DNA of 64,000 bases from assembly GCF_001194135.2 (NCBI RefSeq), contig NC_068982.1, forward strand, positions 190,831,361 to 190,895,360. The letters are read 5' to 3'. How positions within the stretch are numbered: position 1 is the first letter of the stretch; each line of letters opens with the position of its first letter. This stretch comes from Octopus bimaculoides (Eukaryota). Positions 38,325 through 50,465 of the stretch are shown here, piece after piece. The notes beneath the pieces were generated by a model. It saw only the letters and a program-made list of their open reading frames with translations. It ran no database searches and was not told the origin of the DNA. Made by a program: the position numbers and the translations under genes.

Positions 38325-39390
38325 TTTATTTGTTTTACTCGTTAGACTGTGGCCATGCTGGGGCACCACCTTGAATCTTTAGTCAAATGAACTGACCCCC
38401 CCCCCCTCCATGCATTTTTTTTTAAAGCCTGGTACTTGTTCTTTCGGTCTCTTAACTGCTAAGTTACGAGGATATAAATGAACCAACACTGGTTATCAAA
38501 CAGTAGGGTAGGGGGTCAAACACAGACTCAAAGACACACACATATATATTCATTTTTTTTTTCTGCTTGTTTCAGTCTTTTGACTGCAGCCATACTGGAG
38601 CACCACCTTTAGTCGAACAAATCAACCCCAGGACTTATTCTTTGTAAGGCGAGTACTTATTCTAAGTTGCAGGGATGTAAACACACCAGCACCAGTGTCA
38701 AGCAATGGTGGGGAGGAGGGACAAACAGACACACACAAACACATATATATATACTGCCTGATTGGCACCCGTGCTGGTGGCACGTAAAAAGCACCATTCA
38801 AGCATAGTCAATGCCAGTGCCGGCTGACTGGTCCCATGCTGGGGGTTTGTTAAAAGCCCCATTTGAGCGTGATCGTTGCCAGAGTTGCTGACTGGCTCCT
38901 GTGCTGGTGGCATGTAAACTGCATCATTCAAGCGTGGTCGTTGCCAGTGCTGCCGGACTGGCTACTATGCAGGTGGCACGTAAAAAGCACCATTTCAGCC
39001 AGTACTGCCTGAGTTGCCCTCGTGCCAGTGGTACGTAAAAGCATCCACTACATTCTCAGAGTGGTTGGCGTTAGGAAGGGCATCCAGCTGTAAAAACACT
39101 GCCAGATCAGAATGGAGCCTGGTGAAGCCTTCTGGCTCGCCAGCCCTCAGTCAAACCGTCCAACCCATGCCAGCATGGAAGGCAGACATTAAAAGACAAT
39201 GATGATAATACATATATATATATAGATATATATATGATGGGCTTCTTTCAGTTTCCATTTACCAAATCCACTCACAAGACTTTGGGCAGTCCAAGGAGAA
39301 GACTCTTGCCCAAGGTGCCATGCATTGGGGCTGAACCTGGAGCCCTGTGGTTGGGACGCAAGCTTCTTACCACACAGCCATTCCTACACA
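38325..39390. mobile_element. Nested cluster of family B/C SINE fragments (minus) and an RTE family A 3' UTR (plus, about 38755-39205)
   Basis: Internal homology to other copies. Confidence 0.7.
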
Positions 39391-40104
39391 TGTTTGTCAG
39401 ATTATTAAAGTGTTTGTGATTATATTTGGTGTATATTAAATTGTGGAACCACTTTTATTTGATGCCTCTCCATTCATTCTCCCTCCAAATACTTCACAAG
39501 CCATTCCTATAGAATTCCTAACACTGTGTAATCTAACTGAATGTCATCTCCAAAGCCAACACATTCACAAGAGCCATAATGTCAGATTGCTAAATACCGT
39601 AGCCAACAACTGCAAAATAGTATTCAGATGGATGTTACTGTAACAGAAATGCGTTAACATGAGGAGCAAACAATATAGAAGTTCTGTATTTATCGAAAGG
39701 TCTTTCATGTTTGTTTGTTTGTGTCTCTCTTTAATCTATAACCCTTGGATAACATTTCCCTAAAATTTACATGAATCGTAATAAACAATACAATGTTTTA
39801 TTTACTGTGGATTGAATATAAAATGTAGATTATGGAAATGTTTTCATGTCATGCTTGGGTTGCTATGTGGCAAACATTTCCTCATACTAGAAAGAAAATC
39901 CACTTGCTGACAATTTTTTTGGCTCTTTGAATGAATGTTTAGGTTTTTAGAAGGAACAGGAAATTATATACGGAATGGTGTTGGGGCATATTTATTGTAA
40001 AAACACTCAGCAGAATTTCCTTTCATTTAAGGCTTCCTGAAAGATTCATTGGTTCAGTAAATAGGAATTTATTATTACCATAAAGGGGGATGTTCAATTT
40101 GTCT

Positions 40105-40490
40105 CTTTTATCTTTTACTTATTTCAGTCATTAGACAACGACCATGCTGGGGCACCACCTTGAAGAATTTTTAGTCAAAGGACTGGACCCCAGTACTTTT
40201 TATTTTATAAAACCTGGTACTTATTCTATCAGTCACTTTAGCCAACCTGCTAAGTCATGGGGATGTAAATACACCAACAAGCAGTAGTCAAGCAGTAGAG
40301 GGGACAAACAAAAACCATACACACACACACATGCACAAATATATATGCAACAGACTTCTTTCAGTCTCCATCTACCCAATCCACTGGCAAGGCTTTGGTC
40401 AGCCCAAGACTATTGTGTCACACAGTGGGGTTGAACCCAGAACCATGTAGTTGAGAAGCAAATGTCTTACTACACAGCCACGCCTGCGCC
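40105..40490 (-). mobile_element. Composite SINE family B/C
   Basis: Full-length reverse copy ending at the head (cacacagccacgcctgc). Confidence 0.8.
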
Positions 40491-41099
40491 TATAATTAAC
40501 AGAAAGGTGCTTATGATGATGATGATGATGATTCCATTAGTAATAGGGTTTGTACTTATTTGAGATTGAATGGAGTTTTACAGTTGATCAGTCCTTAATC
40601 ATTAACCTTGACTGGTGAGATCTGAGAACATTGTTCATCAGTGACAGGAAAATGTTGACTAAAGAATGATACCAATGTTGTAATGTTGAGTGATGACAGA
40701 TGTTAAAACACTGCTTATCCATGGTTTGCCAGTCCTCAGTCAAATCGTCCAACCCATGCCAGCATGGAAAGCAGATGTTAAATGATGATGATGATGATGA
40801 TGATCTTCCTGCAAACTTTCCACAATCCTCTGATGTCATTCGAAAACCCTCTTGGACAACCATACTGAACCTACAACCAACATTATTCTATTGAAATCCT
40901 GTTTCTGTATATCAGTGCTCTCTCATTATAAACAAGTCAAAAATATTGAGGAATATTTCACTGACTCAAACTTTCAATTCTCAGAACTATCAAAAAATAT
41001 GTTTTTTTTTTTTTGAAAGGTGTTTGTTTACTGATTTGAACATAATCTCACACACATACATATGCACATATCTTACACATATACAATGTAACATATATT

Positions 41100-41628
41100 T
41101 ATACAGTAGAGGTAGATCCAGGAAGACATGGGATGTGATGGAGAAACATGATCTTCAAACTTTGGTCCTTGCAGAGGCTATGACTAGTGACCGAGACCTT
41201 TGGAGATTTGCTCTGCTTGAGAGGACCCATCAAGCCAAGTGAAATCATAGTCATGGCTGGTGCTGGTGTCACGTAACTGGCACGTAAAAAGCACCCTTTA
41301 AGCATTGGGCCTCACAGAGGCGAAGTGGCTGAGCTCATTTTGAGTATTGGGCGTCATGAAGGCAATGACCAAGACCTTTGGCATTATGTCCCATCAAACC
41401 AAGTAAAATTGCAGTTGTGACAAATACTGGTGTCATGCAAATGGTACCCATGCCAGTGGCATGTAAAAGAACCCATTAGGGAGGGGTTGGCGTTAGGAAG
41501 AGCATCCAGCTGTAGAAACCATACCAAATCAGATTGGAGTCAGGTGCAACCTTCCAGCTTACCAGCCCTGGTCAAACCATCCAACCCATGCCAGCATGGA
41601 CAATGGATGCTAAATGATGATGATGACA
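41100..41628 (+). mobile_element. 5'-truncated RTE-clade LINE (family A) with open ORF2 C-terminus
   Basis: SRGRSRKTWDVMEKHDLQTLVLAEAMTSDRDLWRFALLERTHQAK* (stop at 41242), then the 3' UTR and a (TGA)n tail. Confidence 0.85.
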
Positions 41629-41804
41629 GTGTAACAGCCAAACCTTCTCTCCCCACATCAGATTTTGCTAACTGAGAGGACAACTTCAGTTAAGAACTGA
41701 GATGGACTTTGATGATCCATCTGTTACCATTGAGGAAAGGACAATCTAAAATATCAATGAGGATTTGATTTTTTATGAACTTAAACAACAGGTGTCACTG
41801 CATA

Positions 41805-42215
41805 GACCCAGGCATGGCTGTGTGATAAGAAGTTTGCTTCCCAACCACATGGCTCCAGGTTCAGTCCCACTGCATGGCACGTTGGGAAAGTGTCCTCTAT
41901 TATAATCTCAGGCTGATCAAAACCTTGTGAGTGGATTTAGGAGACAAACTGAAAGCAGCTCTTTGTATGTGTATATATGTACATATATATATATATATAT
42001 ACATATGTCTGTGTTTGTCTCCCGCCTCTGCTTGACAACTGGTATTGGTGTGTTCATGTCGCCATAACTTAGTGGTTCAGCAAATGAGACTGATACAGTA
42101 AGTACCATGTTTTAAAAAGAAGAAGTTCTGGGGCCAATTCCTCTGACTAAAAATTCTTCACGGTCGTGTCCCAACATGGCTGCAGTTTAGTGACAGAAAC
42201 AAAGAAAAGACAAGA
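41805..42215 (+). mobile_element. Composite SINE family B/C, full length
   Basis: Head caggcatggctgtgtgataagaagtttgcttcccaaccacatggctccaggttcagtccc, then gcacgttgggaaagtgtc (CORE-like, by recall), a (TA/TG) spacer and the 3' module ending gacagaaacaaag. Confidence 0.8.
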
Positions 42216-42911
42216 AACGTGACTTCTATATTCAGAGTTTGGATTAAATTATTCCAAATGTTGGTTTAGAAGTTTTGATCCCCAAAAATGTTATCCCAGC
42301 ATGGCCACAGCCTGCTGACTGAAGCAAGCAAAAGTAAAGAATAAAAATATTTATTTACCAGGAAAAAGGCAAAAAAAAAAGAGAGAAAGCTATTGTTGAG
42401 AGTTTCTCTAATGGTTTCAATGACAAAATGATCTTATCTTTTGAGCAGGTCTCTTCTTTAATGGAGAGATATTGATTTTTTCTTTTTTGTGGCTAATGTT
42501 ATTTTCCAAAGATGAAAACTTCTCCAACATTTGTGTCAAACATTTTATCTTAACCAGTCATAATTGTCGTTTGATCTGACAATAGCAGACTGCTTCCAAT
42601 AAACTTCAAACATTTTATTTCAACTATTCCATGCAGCGGTAAATATTTATTGGATTTAGTTAAAAGTAAGGAGTCTTTTTTTTTTTCTTTTGTTGTTTTT
42701 GTTTTTGTATCAATCTACTGAAAGAGTCAGAAATAAGTGTGGGACATTTTTGTACCATTGAGTTGCTCTGTGTTTTTTGGTTATTGTTGGTGTTGGATGC
42801 CATACTATTGTCTGACAAACACTAAAATATTACAAGATATGTGTTTACTGTGTATACTTAGTAATACACACTAAAATACTGTAATAGGTATTTCACTTAT
42901 ATATATACTTA

Positions 42912-43131
42912 CCCTTTTGATACTAACTTGCCAAAAAACCCGACCCCTGGCTCTAAGAATCAAACTGTCTGTTTTAAATTCATTTCAATTAAAACCTTCC
43001 ATCAAAATTTCGTGTTAACTATTGTTCCAAACACCAACCAAATAACATTTATTTTGTTAAATTCTTCCTTATTTTCAAAATTAATTGAAACAGATGCGGT
43101 GTATTTCTACAGAAATATCGTAACAAAGGGG
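42912..43131. mobile_element. piggyBac-like MITE
   Basis: Termini ttac|ccttttgatac ... gtaacaaagggg|ttaa, i.e. CCC/GGG-type ends with a TTAA-like target (left site mutated). Confidence 0.55.
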
Positions 43132-44999
43132 TTAATCACTTGATTTCAAGCCTTTGTATCCTAATTGTTCTGTCTGTGTACCTAAGCAGATAATATCTGC
43201 AGCTTCATTTTAATTTAATTTTCAGGGGAAGTGTTGGGGTGCGGTGTTCTGGAATATAGAAAGACATTCCCTTTATAAATGAACTCTTGTGTCTCTTCTG
43301 ATACCCGTAATGCCTTAAACCTTCCCTCTCTCTTTTAGCGCCACTCTAACTAGCTTTGGCAGTTAAATAATTACAATGTTTCCTACTTAAAATCAATGAT
43401 TCTCTCGAGGCTTACTTCATTGCCGACAATTACCAATTCATTTTATTTCTATCAACTTTCACAGACTCTCCAGTTTTGCTTCATCTCTTCATTATTGATT
43501 AAAATGCTTCCAAGTAATTCCTATTCCTCGGTATATACTGGAAAACCATTTTCTCTCTCTCTCTCTCTCTCAATCTTTCACAAATAACAGGTGACAGCCT
43601 CTTGAATGCTGCCTCTTCACCATTCTTCAACGTTTTGAGATAAAAAAAAATATCACCTTTAAACAAACATAAATATTAAATGACCTCGTTAACAGCCCTA
43701 ATTTCATCAGAGATTATTAATCACACCTGTGACTTCTCACTCACAACTGTTTTTACTTTTTATTTATGACAGTTGTTGTTGTTGCAAGTTAAGGAGAATT
43801 TTTCTGTTTTTCTTTAAGAATGTGAAAAAAAAACTTTCTCCAATTCACCTTTCTTCCTTCCTTTCCATACTGCCCCCCCTCCCCACCTGTCACTACATTT
43901 TTGTTATTCTCATCCTCATCTGTATCATCACCACCACCTTCCCCTCTTTCCTCCCCCTCTCTCCCTTCATCTCTACAGGAACCTCTCCCTGCACCTTCAG
44001 TATGCCTTCTCATTGCTTCCCCCTCCTTCTATCCCCCCCACCACACCCGTCTCATTAAATATTTTGTAAATTAACTTTCCCCCTAAAGCTACTGATTCAC
44101 AAAGGCAGATTTTCGTTTTGAGCTTTTCAAAATGGATTATTAAGTCAGTTCTTGTGTTTTCTTGTGGCAATTTGGTAAAACGAAATGCATAATCTTTGTG
44201 TTGATGGAGGAGAAAACATTCATTATATATTTATTGATATAACAAGCTGAGCCGAGCGACTGAAATGACGGGGTGGGTGATTATTTCAATGTGGAAGGAA
44301 TTATTCAAACACAATGTGTGTGAGTATTAGTTTAGAGATAGAGAATGCTAGAAATAAAAGTAAGTAGCTAATAGAAAGGGTGGGGTGAAAGATAACTGTG
44401 TGTGGGTGGAAGGTCAGTTAGTCAGGTGAACATGCTTTTACCTAATTACATTCATTCACGATCTCTCTATTTAACATCTACACACACACACACACACTCT
44501 CTCTCTCTCCATATATAGAGCTGCTTATTAATTAGTTTGGAGCATGTAACTTTTACTAAAAGAAAACAATTATTAAAGACTACGCTGTCTAGAAAATTCC
44601 TAAAGATTCTAATTTTGATATATTTTTATCAAAATGTATTTTTTTTTAATTCAAAAATTAAATAATAGAAAACAAACTTTAATTCACCACAAAATAGCAT
44701 TCTGTCTGTGTCTTCTCGCTCTCGTATCTATATGACTGCAACGTGAAATCTGTTCCACATTTCTGACAGTCCCTTCCTTTGCTGGGATCACTGCTTCTGT
44801 CATCGGAGTTGATTCGATGAAGAATAGAAGAATATCATTTCCCATGGCTACACATCTATGATTGTGTGTTTATATAGGTTTATTAATACTGAAATGTACA
44901 TCATCATTTAATGTCTGCCTTCCAAGCTGGCATGGGTGGGACAGACATATATATATATACTAAAATGTATACACACACACACACATTATCATCATCATC

Positions 45000-45150
45000 A
45001 TCATCATCATTTAACGTCCGTTTTCCATGCTAGCATGGGTTGGACGGTTTGACTGGGGATTGGCGAACCAGATGGCTACACCAGACTCCAATCTGATCTG
45101 GCAGAGTTTCTACAGCTGGATGCCCTTCCTAATGCTAACCACTCCAAGAA
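45000..45150 (-). mobile_element. RTE family A 3' fragment
   Basis: Near-consensus reverse copy. Confidence 0.8.
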
Positions 45151-45169
45151 GTAAAAGGAAAGAACCAAG

Positions 45170-45448
45170 AAGTACAAAGGAAAAGATGGAATTGGATTGA
45201 ACATGTATTGAGAAAGGAACCCAGTCATCACTGCATGATTGCTTTGACTTGGCAACCTGAGGGGAAGAGAAAAGTTGGTAGACCAAAAAGCACATGGATA
45301 GTGGAAAAGGAAAGGAATCGAGCTGGATGGTCATCGTGGAATGTGGCAAGAAAACTTGCAAAACAGAGGAATAAATGGAAAACGAGCGTGGAGGCCTTAT
45401 GTGCCAGCTGGCACGTAAAGGATAGATAGATAGATAGATAGATAGATA
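45170..45448 (+). mobile_element. 3' end of a fourth RTE lineage with a (GATA)n tail
   Basis: KRWNWIEHVLRKEPSHHCMIALTWQPEGKRKVGRPKSTW...AKQRNKWKTSVEALCA matches the RTE pattern RRWKWIGH.LRK..ALTW.PEGKRKRGRPK.TW. It is followed by (GATA)n. Confidence 0.85.
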
Positions 45449-46233
45449 TGTGTGTGTGTAGGTATCTATGTATAATTAATCTGTGTGTAAACTGGCACTT
45501 CGTTAGTTATGCTGATGAGTGTTCCAGTTGATCCAATCAGTGGAACAGCATGCTCATGAAATTAATGTGTAGTGGGTCTTGCTCAAGGACACAATGTGCT
45601 ACTGGGAACTGAAATCAGGACCTTACAATCATGATCTGAATACACTAAGCTATACGCCTTCGCTAACCTCTCTTTGTGTATGTGCATGTTACGCATGCAT
45701 GCATGTGTGTGTGCATGTTGTGTGTGCACATGTGTGTATGGATTGATATGTATACAGCCTGGCAAAACCATAAAGCAAAGATCCAACACAAGCTGTTATA
45801 TCGAGAGAGAGAGAGAAAGTGAGCTGCTTTGTAACCGGGTAATGAAAGCTAGTCAAGGTTTTAATGTGCCAAATGAAAGATATTCCATTTCCAAAAATGA
45901 GCCATGTTGCACATAAATTGATTCTTTCCTCTCTATACGTAGTAAATAGCTTTGTGTGTTCCCTGGCTTTGAATTATGGTTAGATCATGGCTTTAATGTG
46001 TAATACCTTCTTGATGTCATCTCCTCATTAAAATTTTGAAAACTACAAGATTTTATCTCACTTCCATCTGAAAACTTCACCCGTTTCTCTCTCAGTGTTT
46101 AATACCAGCTTTTTTTGTTTTTTGTTGTTTCATTATATATGTTTAGGAATTACATAAAAATAGAGTTATAAAATAAATAGCTATATGTTCAAAAAAGCAA
46201 TTTACAGTTATTTGGTATACACACACACACTGA

Positions 46234-46285
<52 letters not shown>

Positions 46286-46602
46286 GTTGGAGAAATAACA
46301 GCTTTTGTCACTCCAACATATGCTATTATCTGACAGAACATAAAAGGGAACTCTGGGAATCTCTGGAGATGTGTGAGAGAGAGAGAGAGGGAGAGTTGCA
46401 TTTGGTTATTTTGCTATCTATCTTTTATCTTTCACTCATTTCAGTCATTAAATAACAGCCATACTGGAGCACCACCTTGAAGAACCTTTAGTTGAATAAA
46501 TCACCCCCAACACCGAGTTTTGAGGAACATTCATCAAACCAATTCCTTTGATATGTTTACCTCATCAGCAGATTGAGCAGATATCTTCAGTTATAGTTCT
46601 AC

Positions 46603-46723
46603 CTTTTGGCTATCTTTTAACTGTCTCTCTCTGTATATTAGATTCCATATTATGCTTTCATTCTTTGAACTCCTCTGGCAGACTCCTTTGTCATCTTCTT
46701 CCCTCTGTTTCCGTGGAAACAGA
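46603..46723 (-). CDS. Candidate 121-nt exon, phase 2-0 (unidentified gene)
   Basis: Acceptor tcatttgttatgtttag and donor AAG|gtagaa. Only one frame is open: LFPRKQREEDDKGVCQRSSKNESIIWNLIYRERQLKDSQK. Its phase fits the flanking candidates. Confidence 0.45.
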
Positions 46724-46986
46724 CTAAACATAACAAATGAGTGCCATTTCCAGCATCATCATAGCTATACATCAATGGATCAGCATCTGTTAGGAATTAT
46801 TTTGGTGCCTAGCAATTAGTAACTTTATTATAATGATTCCTGTTCTTTGTACGATGATGATGATGATGATGATTTACATCAAAAGTACAACTTCACCCAC
46901 CCCCAACTTAAATGCATTCTTTTTATCCAAAGTGGTCTGCTAGAGACAAGTTCCCAAAACTTGCATTTCAACGTTTACCAATTATG

Positions 46987-47473
46987 GAGTAAAGATTTTT
47001 TGCCAACATAACACGGCAGACCTAATTTAGGACGAATGTTGCTGTAATTTAGCCCCAGGAGACATTGTCTCCAGCTGGCTGTACGACACAATCTGTGTCC
47101 TTATATTTTCGAACAAGGGAATCTAGCACCCCGACCCCTCAGCTCAAAACAATATCTGCGTATTGCGATTTCCAGGTTATTTCCCTTCATCAGCACAAAA
47201 TAATTGTTCGGCTAGAGGTGGTGCTGCCAAATTCCCATTCGAAATATAGAGTTTTCAAAGTGACAACTTGTCACTGATCTATAAATTAGAAAATTACTAT
47301 TTTTAAATCTCACGATAGATATTTCAGCAACAGTACTTTGGAGTAAAGATTGTTTGCCAACATAACATGGCAGTCCTGGTTTAGGACAAATGTTCTGTTG
47401 GCAAACAGTCTTTACTCTAAAGTACTGTTGCTGAATATCTCTTGTTGTGAGATTTAGAAATAGTAATTTTCTA
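46987..47473 (-). mobile_element. Hammerhead-containing small retroelement (retrozyme/Penelope-like) with 14-bp TSD and terminal inversion
   Basis: Direct repeat gtttaccaattatg at 46973-46986 and 47474-47487. A 54-nt internal direct repeat lies at 46987-47040 and 47341-47394 (6 mismatches, period 354). Inverted arms lie at about 47282-47362 and 47396-47478. A hammerhead motif occupies 47155-47199. Confidence 0.75.
47155..47199 (-). ncRNA. Minimal type I hammerhead ribozyme, second family (slightly degenerate)
   Basis: tttgtg-CTGATGA-agg-gaaataa-cct-g-GAAA-tcgca-ATA-cgcaga. Stem I has 6 bp including two G-U pairs, and stem II has 3 bp. One extra nucleotide precedes GAAA, and the stem III region is a near-palindrome, ATCGCAAT. 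Confidence 0.6.
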
Positions 47474-47804
47474 GTTTACCAATTATGTTGCCTACATTCC
47501 ATTTCCAATACATTGTCTCTTATAATCATCATCACCACCATTTTATGTCCATGTTCCATGCTGGCATGGGTTGGATGGTTTGACAGGATCCTTTATGTTC
47601 AAGGATTGTGGCATTGTTGGGGCTCTGCCTTCAAGGTTTTCATTGACCCCGTGGATCCCTTCACCTACTTTAAATCGCTATATATTTTCATGGGATTATT
47701 AGGTTTTCTACCGTTTTTTTATTTTTGTATTTTTATTTTCTATGTAAAGGGATATAACTCAGAACTGATTTACATTAGTACACACATGTGCACTGGTGCA
47801 CACA

Positions 47805-47852
<48 letters not shown>

Positions 47853-48771
47853 GAAGAGTGTGTGAAAGAGATTTTGCCTATACAAGGTTGGTACCAGTGA
47901 ATAATAGTGTTTCTTCTGGTGAAGTCAGCTAATAGGAGGAAGTAATTATTTAACAGGAAATGAATGGAGATAGCTGGGTTTCTGAGATATTGTACTTAAA
48001 CTGTAAACATAGCGCTCCTGCCAGCAATAGAGGGGGGTGGATGGATTGGATGAGTCTTAAGTAGTATTGGATATACCATAGACAATGCTACTTAACAAAA
48101 CAATACCCACCCCCCTTTCAATTAGTCAGTTCACCTCCACCCATCCACATCTAAAATCCAGCCTCCAAAGTGTATTTTACGTAACACAGTTTTAATGATG
48201 ATGTCATTTTAGTCCTCTTATGTCAAGTTTCTCAGGGTTTTAAGTCCCAGCTCAGCGTGGTTTAATGGGTAAGGTATTCAGTTCACAATCATAAGATCGT
48301 GAGTTCAGTTCCTGGTGGTATGTTGTGCCCTTGAGCAAGGCTTTTTATTCCACGTTGCAAATTTTCTTTGGCTGGATGCCCTTCCTATCACCAACCTTCA
48401 CTTGTTTCCAAGTAAGATAATATTTCCCCATGACCAGACGTGTTTCATGTCAATTGATGGTCCCAAACACCAGTAGGCACAGGTGTGGCTGTGTGGTAAG
48501 AAGCATGCATCTCAACCACATGGTTCCTGGTGGTGGTGATGACTGATGATGATGGTGACTGATGATGAAAGTAGCGATGATGGTGACTGATGATGGTGAT
48601 GATGAGTGATTGACAAACCCTGAACTGGAAATGTAACCAACTTCCCTAAAATCGCAGGCCTTGTCCCACACCATAGTGATGGCCAAATGGGCAGCTGATA
48701 ATGGAAATGCGGCACTCGACTGAATTTTGGTCATGATTTGGGGTTATCCTTCATTCTTATAAAATGGAAAG

Positions 48772-49000
48772 TGTTTACATTATCTACATTTGACAGATAT
48801 TTGTTCTCATCTTGTTTGTTGTTAACACAACGTTTCGGCTGATATACCCTCCAGCCTTCATCAGGTGTCTTGGGGAAATTTCGAACCTGGGTTCTCATTT
48901 CTAAGGTATTTTTCAATGTTATTATTATTATTCAGGTCACTGCCTGGAATCGAACTCGGAATCTTGGGGTTAGTAGCCTGTGCTCTTAACCACAATGCCC
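48772..49000 (-). mobile_element. tRNA-headed SINE carrying a minimal hammerhead ribozyme, copy 2 (B box and ribozyme core intact)
   Basis: The minus strand reads ttgtggttaagagcacaggctactaaccccaagattccGAGTTCGATTCCaggcagtgacctg, then (AAT)n, the hammerhead, and an aaatgtagataatgtaaac tail. The caagattccgagttcgattccaggc segment resembles the variable/T arm of tRNA-Arg. Confidence 0.82.
48824..48869 (-). ncRNA. Minimal type I hammerhead ribozyme
   Basis: gacac-CTGATGA-a-ggctg-gagggtatat-cagcc-GAAA-CG-TT-gtgtt. Stem I is gacac/gtgtt, stem II is ggctg/cagcc, and helix III is the palindrome ACGT. Predicted cleavage is after GUU, between 48829 and 48828. Confidence 0.8.
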
Positions 49001-49364
49001 AAACTGGGAAGTGTTTGTTGATTCATAGTTTGTGTGAATCACTTCCTTTGTTATAGTTGTTATATAAGTAACCAATCAATTATGCTTGGACAGTCAATAC
49101 TCAGATATTGGTGTCTAGGTTTGGGAGGGTCTGTGACATATAGACAAAAATATCAGTATCTCTTATACGGTTCTGGAAATTTTCTCAGTCCACCATCTGC
49201 ATGAAGAATGTATAGTTAAGCACAGGCATATTGAGTAAGCCAATACTTAACTCTGTACTTCTTGCATGCAAAACTGTTAATTACATTCACTGTTCTGCAG
49301 TGAACAGTCATTTGTTGCTCCTTATATTAGAGAATGTTATCACCAAGCTGTTACATATTGATTT

Positions 49365-49570
49365 CAAATTTTTGGCACAAGGCCAGCAATTTCAGGAGAG
49401 AGGCTGAGTCAGTTCCGTCAACCTCAGTACTCAACTACTACTTATCATATTGACCCCAAAAGAATAAAGGCAAAGTAGATTTTTGGCTGAATTTCAACTC
49501 GGAATGTAAAACCGGAGGGGACGCTACAAAGCATCTTACCCAGCATGCAAACGTTTCTGCCAGCACACCT
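49365..49570 (-). mobile_element. SINE family D
   Basis: Reverse-complement match to 2313-2523. Confidence 0.75.
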
Positions 49571-49571
49571 C

Positions 49572-49572
<1 letters not shown>

Positions 49573-49660
<88 letters not shown>
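49573..49660. repeat. (ATT)n microsatellite
   Basis: Directly visible. Confidence 0.98.
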
Positions 49661-49662
<2 letters not shown>

Positions 49663-50117
49663 GACTCTGCATGCTATTTTCTATTGCAAGATCATCATCA
49701 CTGCACCATACTGTTGGTTAGAATTTGTAGCTGAATGCTTCCTTTCAACCATTCACTGAAATGACGGTTGCTTTATGCTAATATTCCATTACCAAAAAGG
49801 AAACCTTTTTGGTTATTTATTTCTGTAGGTAGATAGATATTAGTTTTTATAAGCCGAAATCACATAATTAGGTATAAAAAATTTTTTTAAAAATAAAAAT
49901 TTTAAAAAAGCCAAAAATCTTCTTCCCACAATCTCAATACCAGGTTTTATTTCCAATATAAATAGTGAAGGAGATCTTTGTGTGCCACATCCATTCCAGC
50001 AGACTGGATCTTCACTGACATCTGAAACCTCACTTCAAGCAAGTTTCCTTCCTTCTGCTCTCCTGGCTACCATTCAACAAAATTCACCACTTATTATTGT
50101 TGTTATCGCTGTTGTTG

Positions 50118-50196
<79 letters not shown>

Positions 50197-50307
50197 AGTG
50201 AGTGAGTGAGAGAGCAGTGCATGCCATCAAAGTGGCACTGGAGTACAAATATACAAAGTTTAATATACCCATCATGGCTACCCATCTGATAAGGGTACAC
50301 CATTTAT

Positions 50308-50365
<58 letters not shown>

Positions 50366-50465
50366 CATTCAGCCCATATATATATATATATATATATATA
50401 CTGGTATATATCCCCGACCAGCAAAGATAAGCTTGTCGCTGGCCATGTTACATAAACATACTTAC

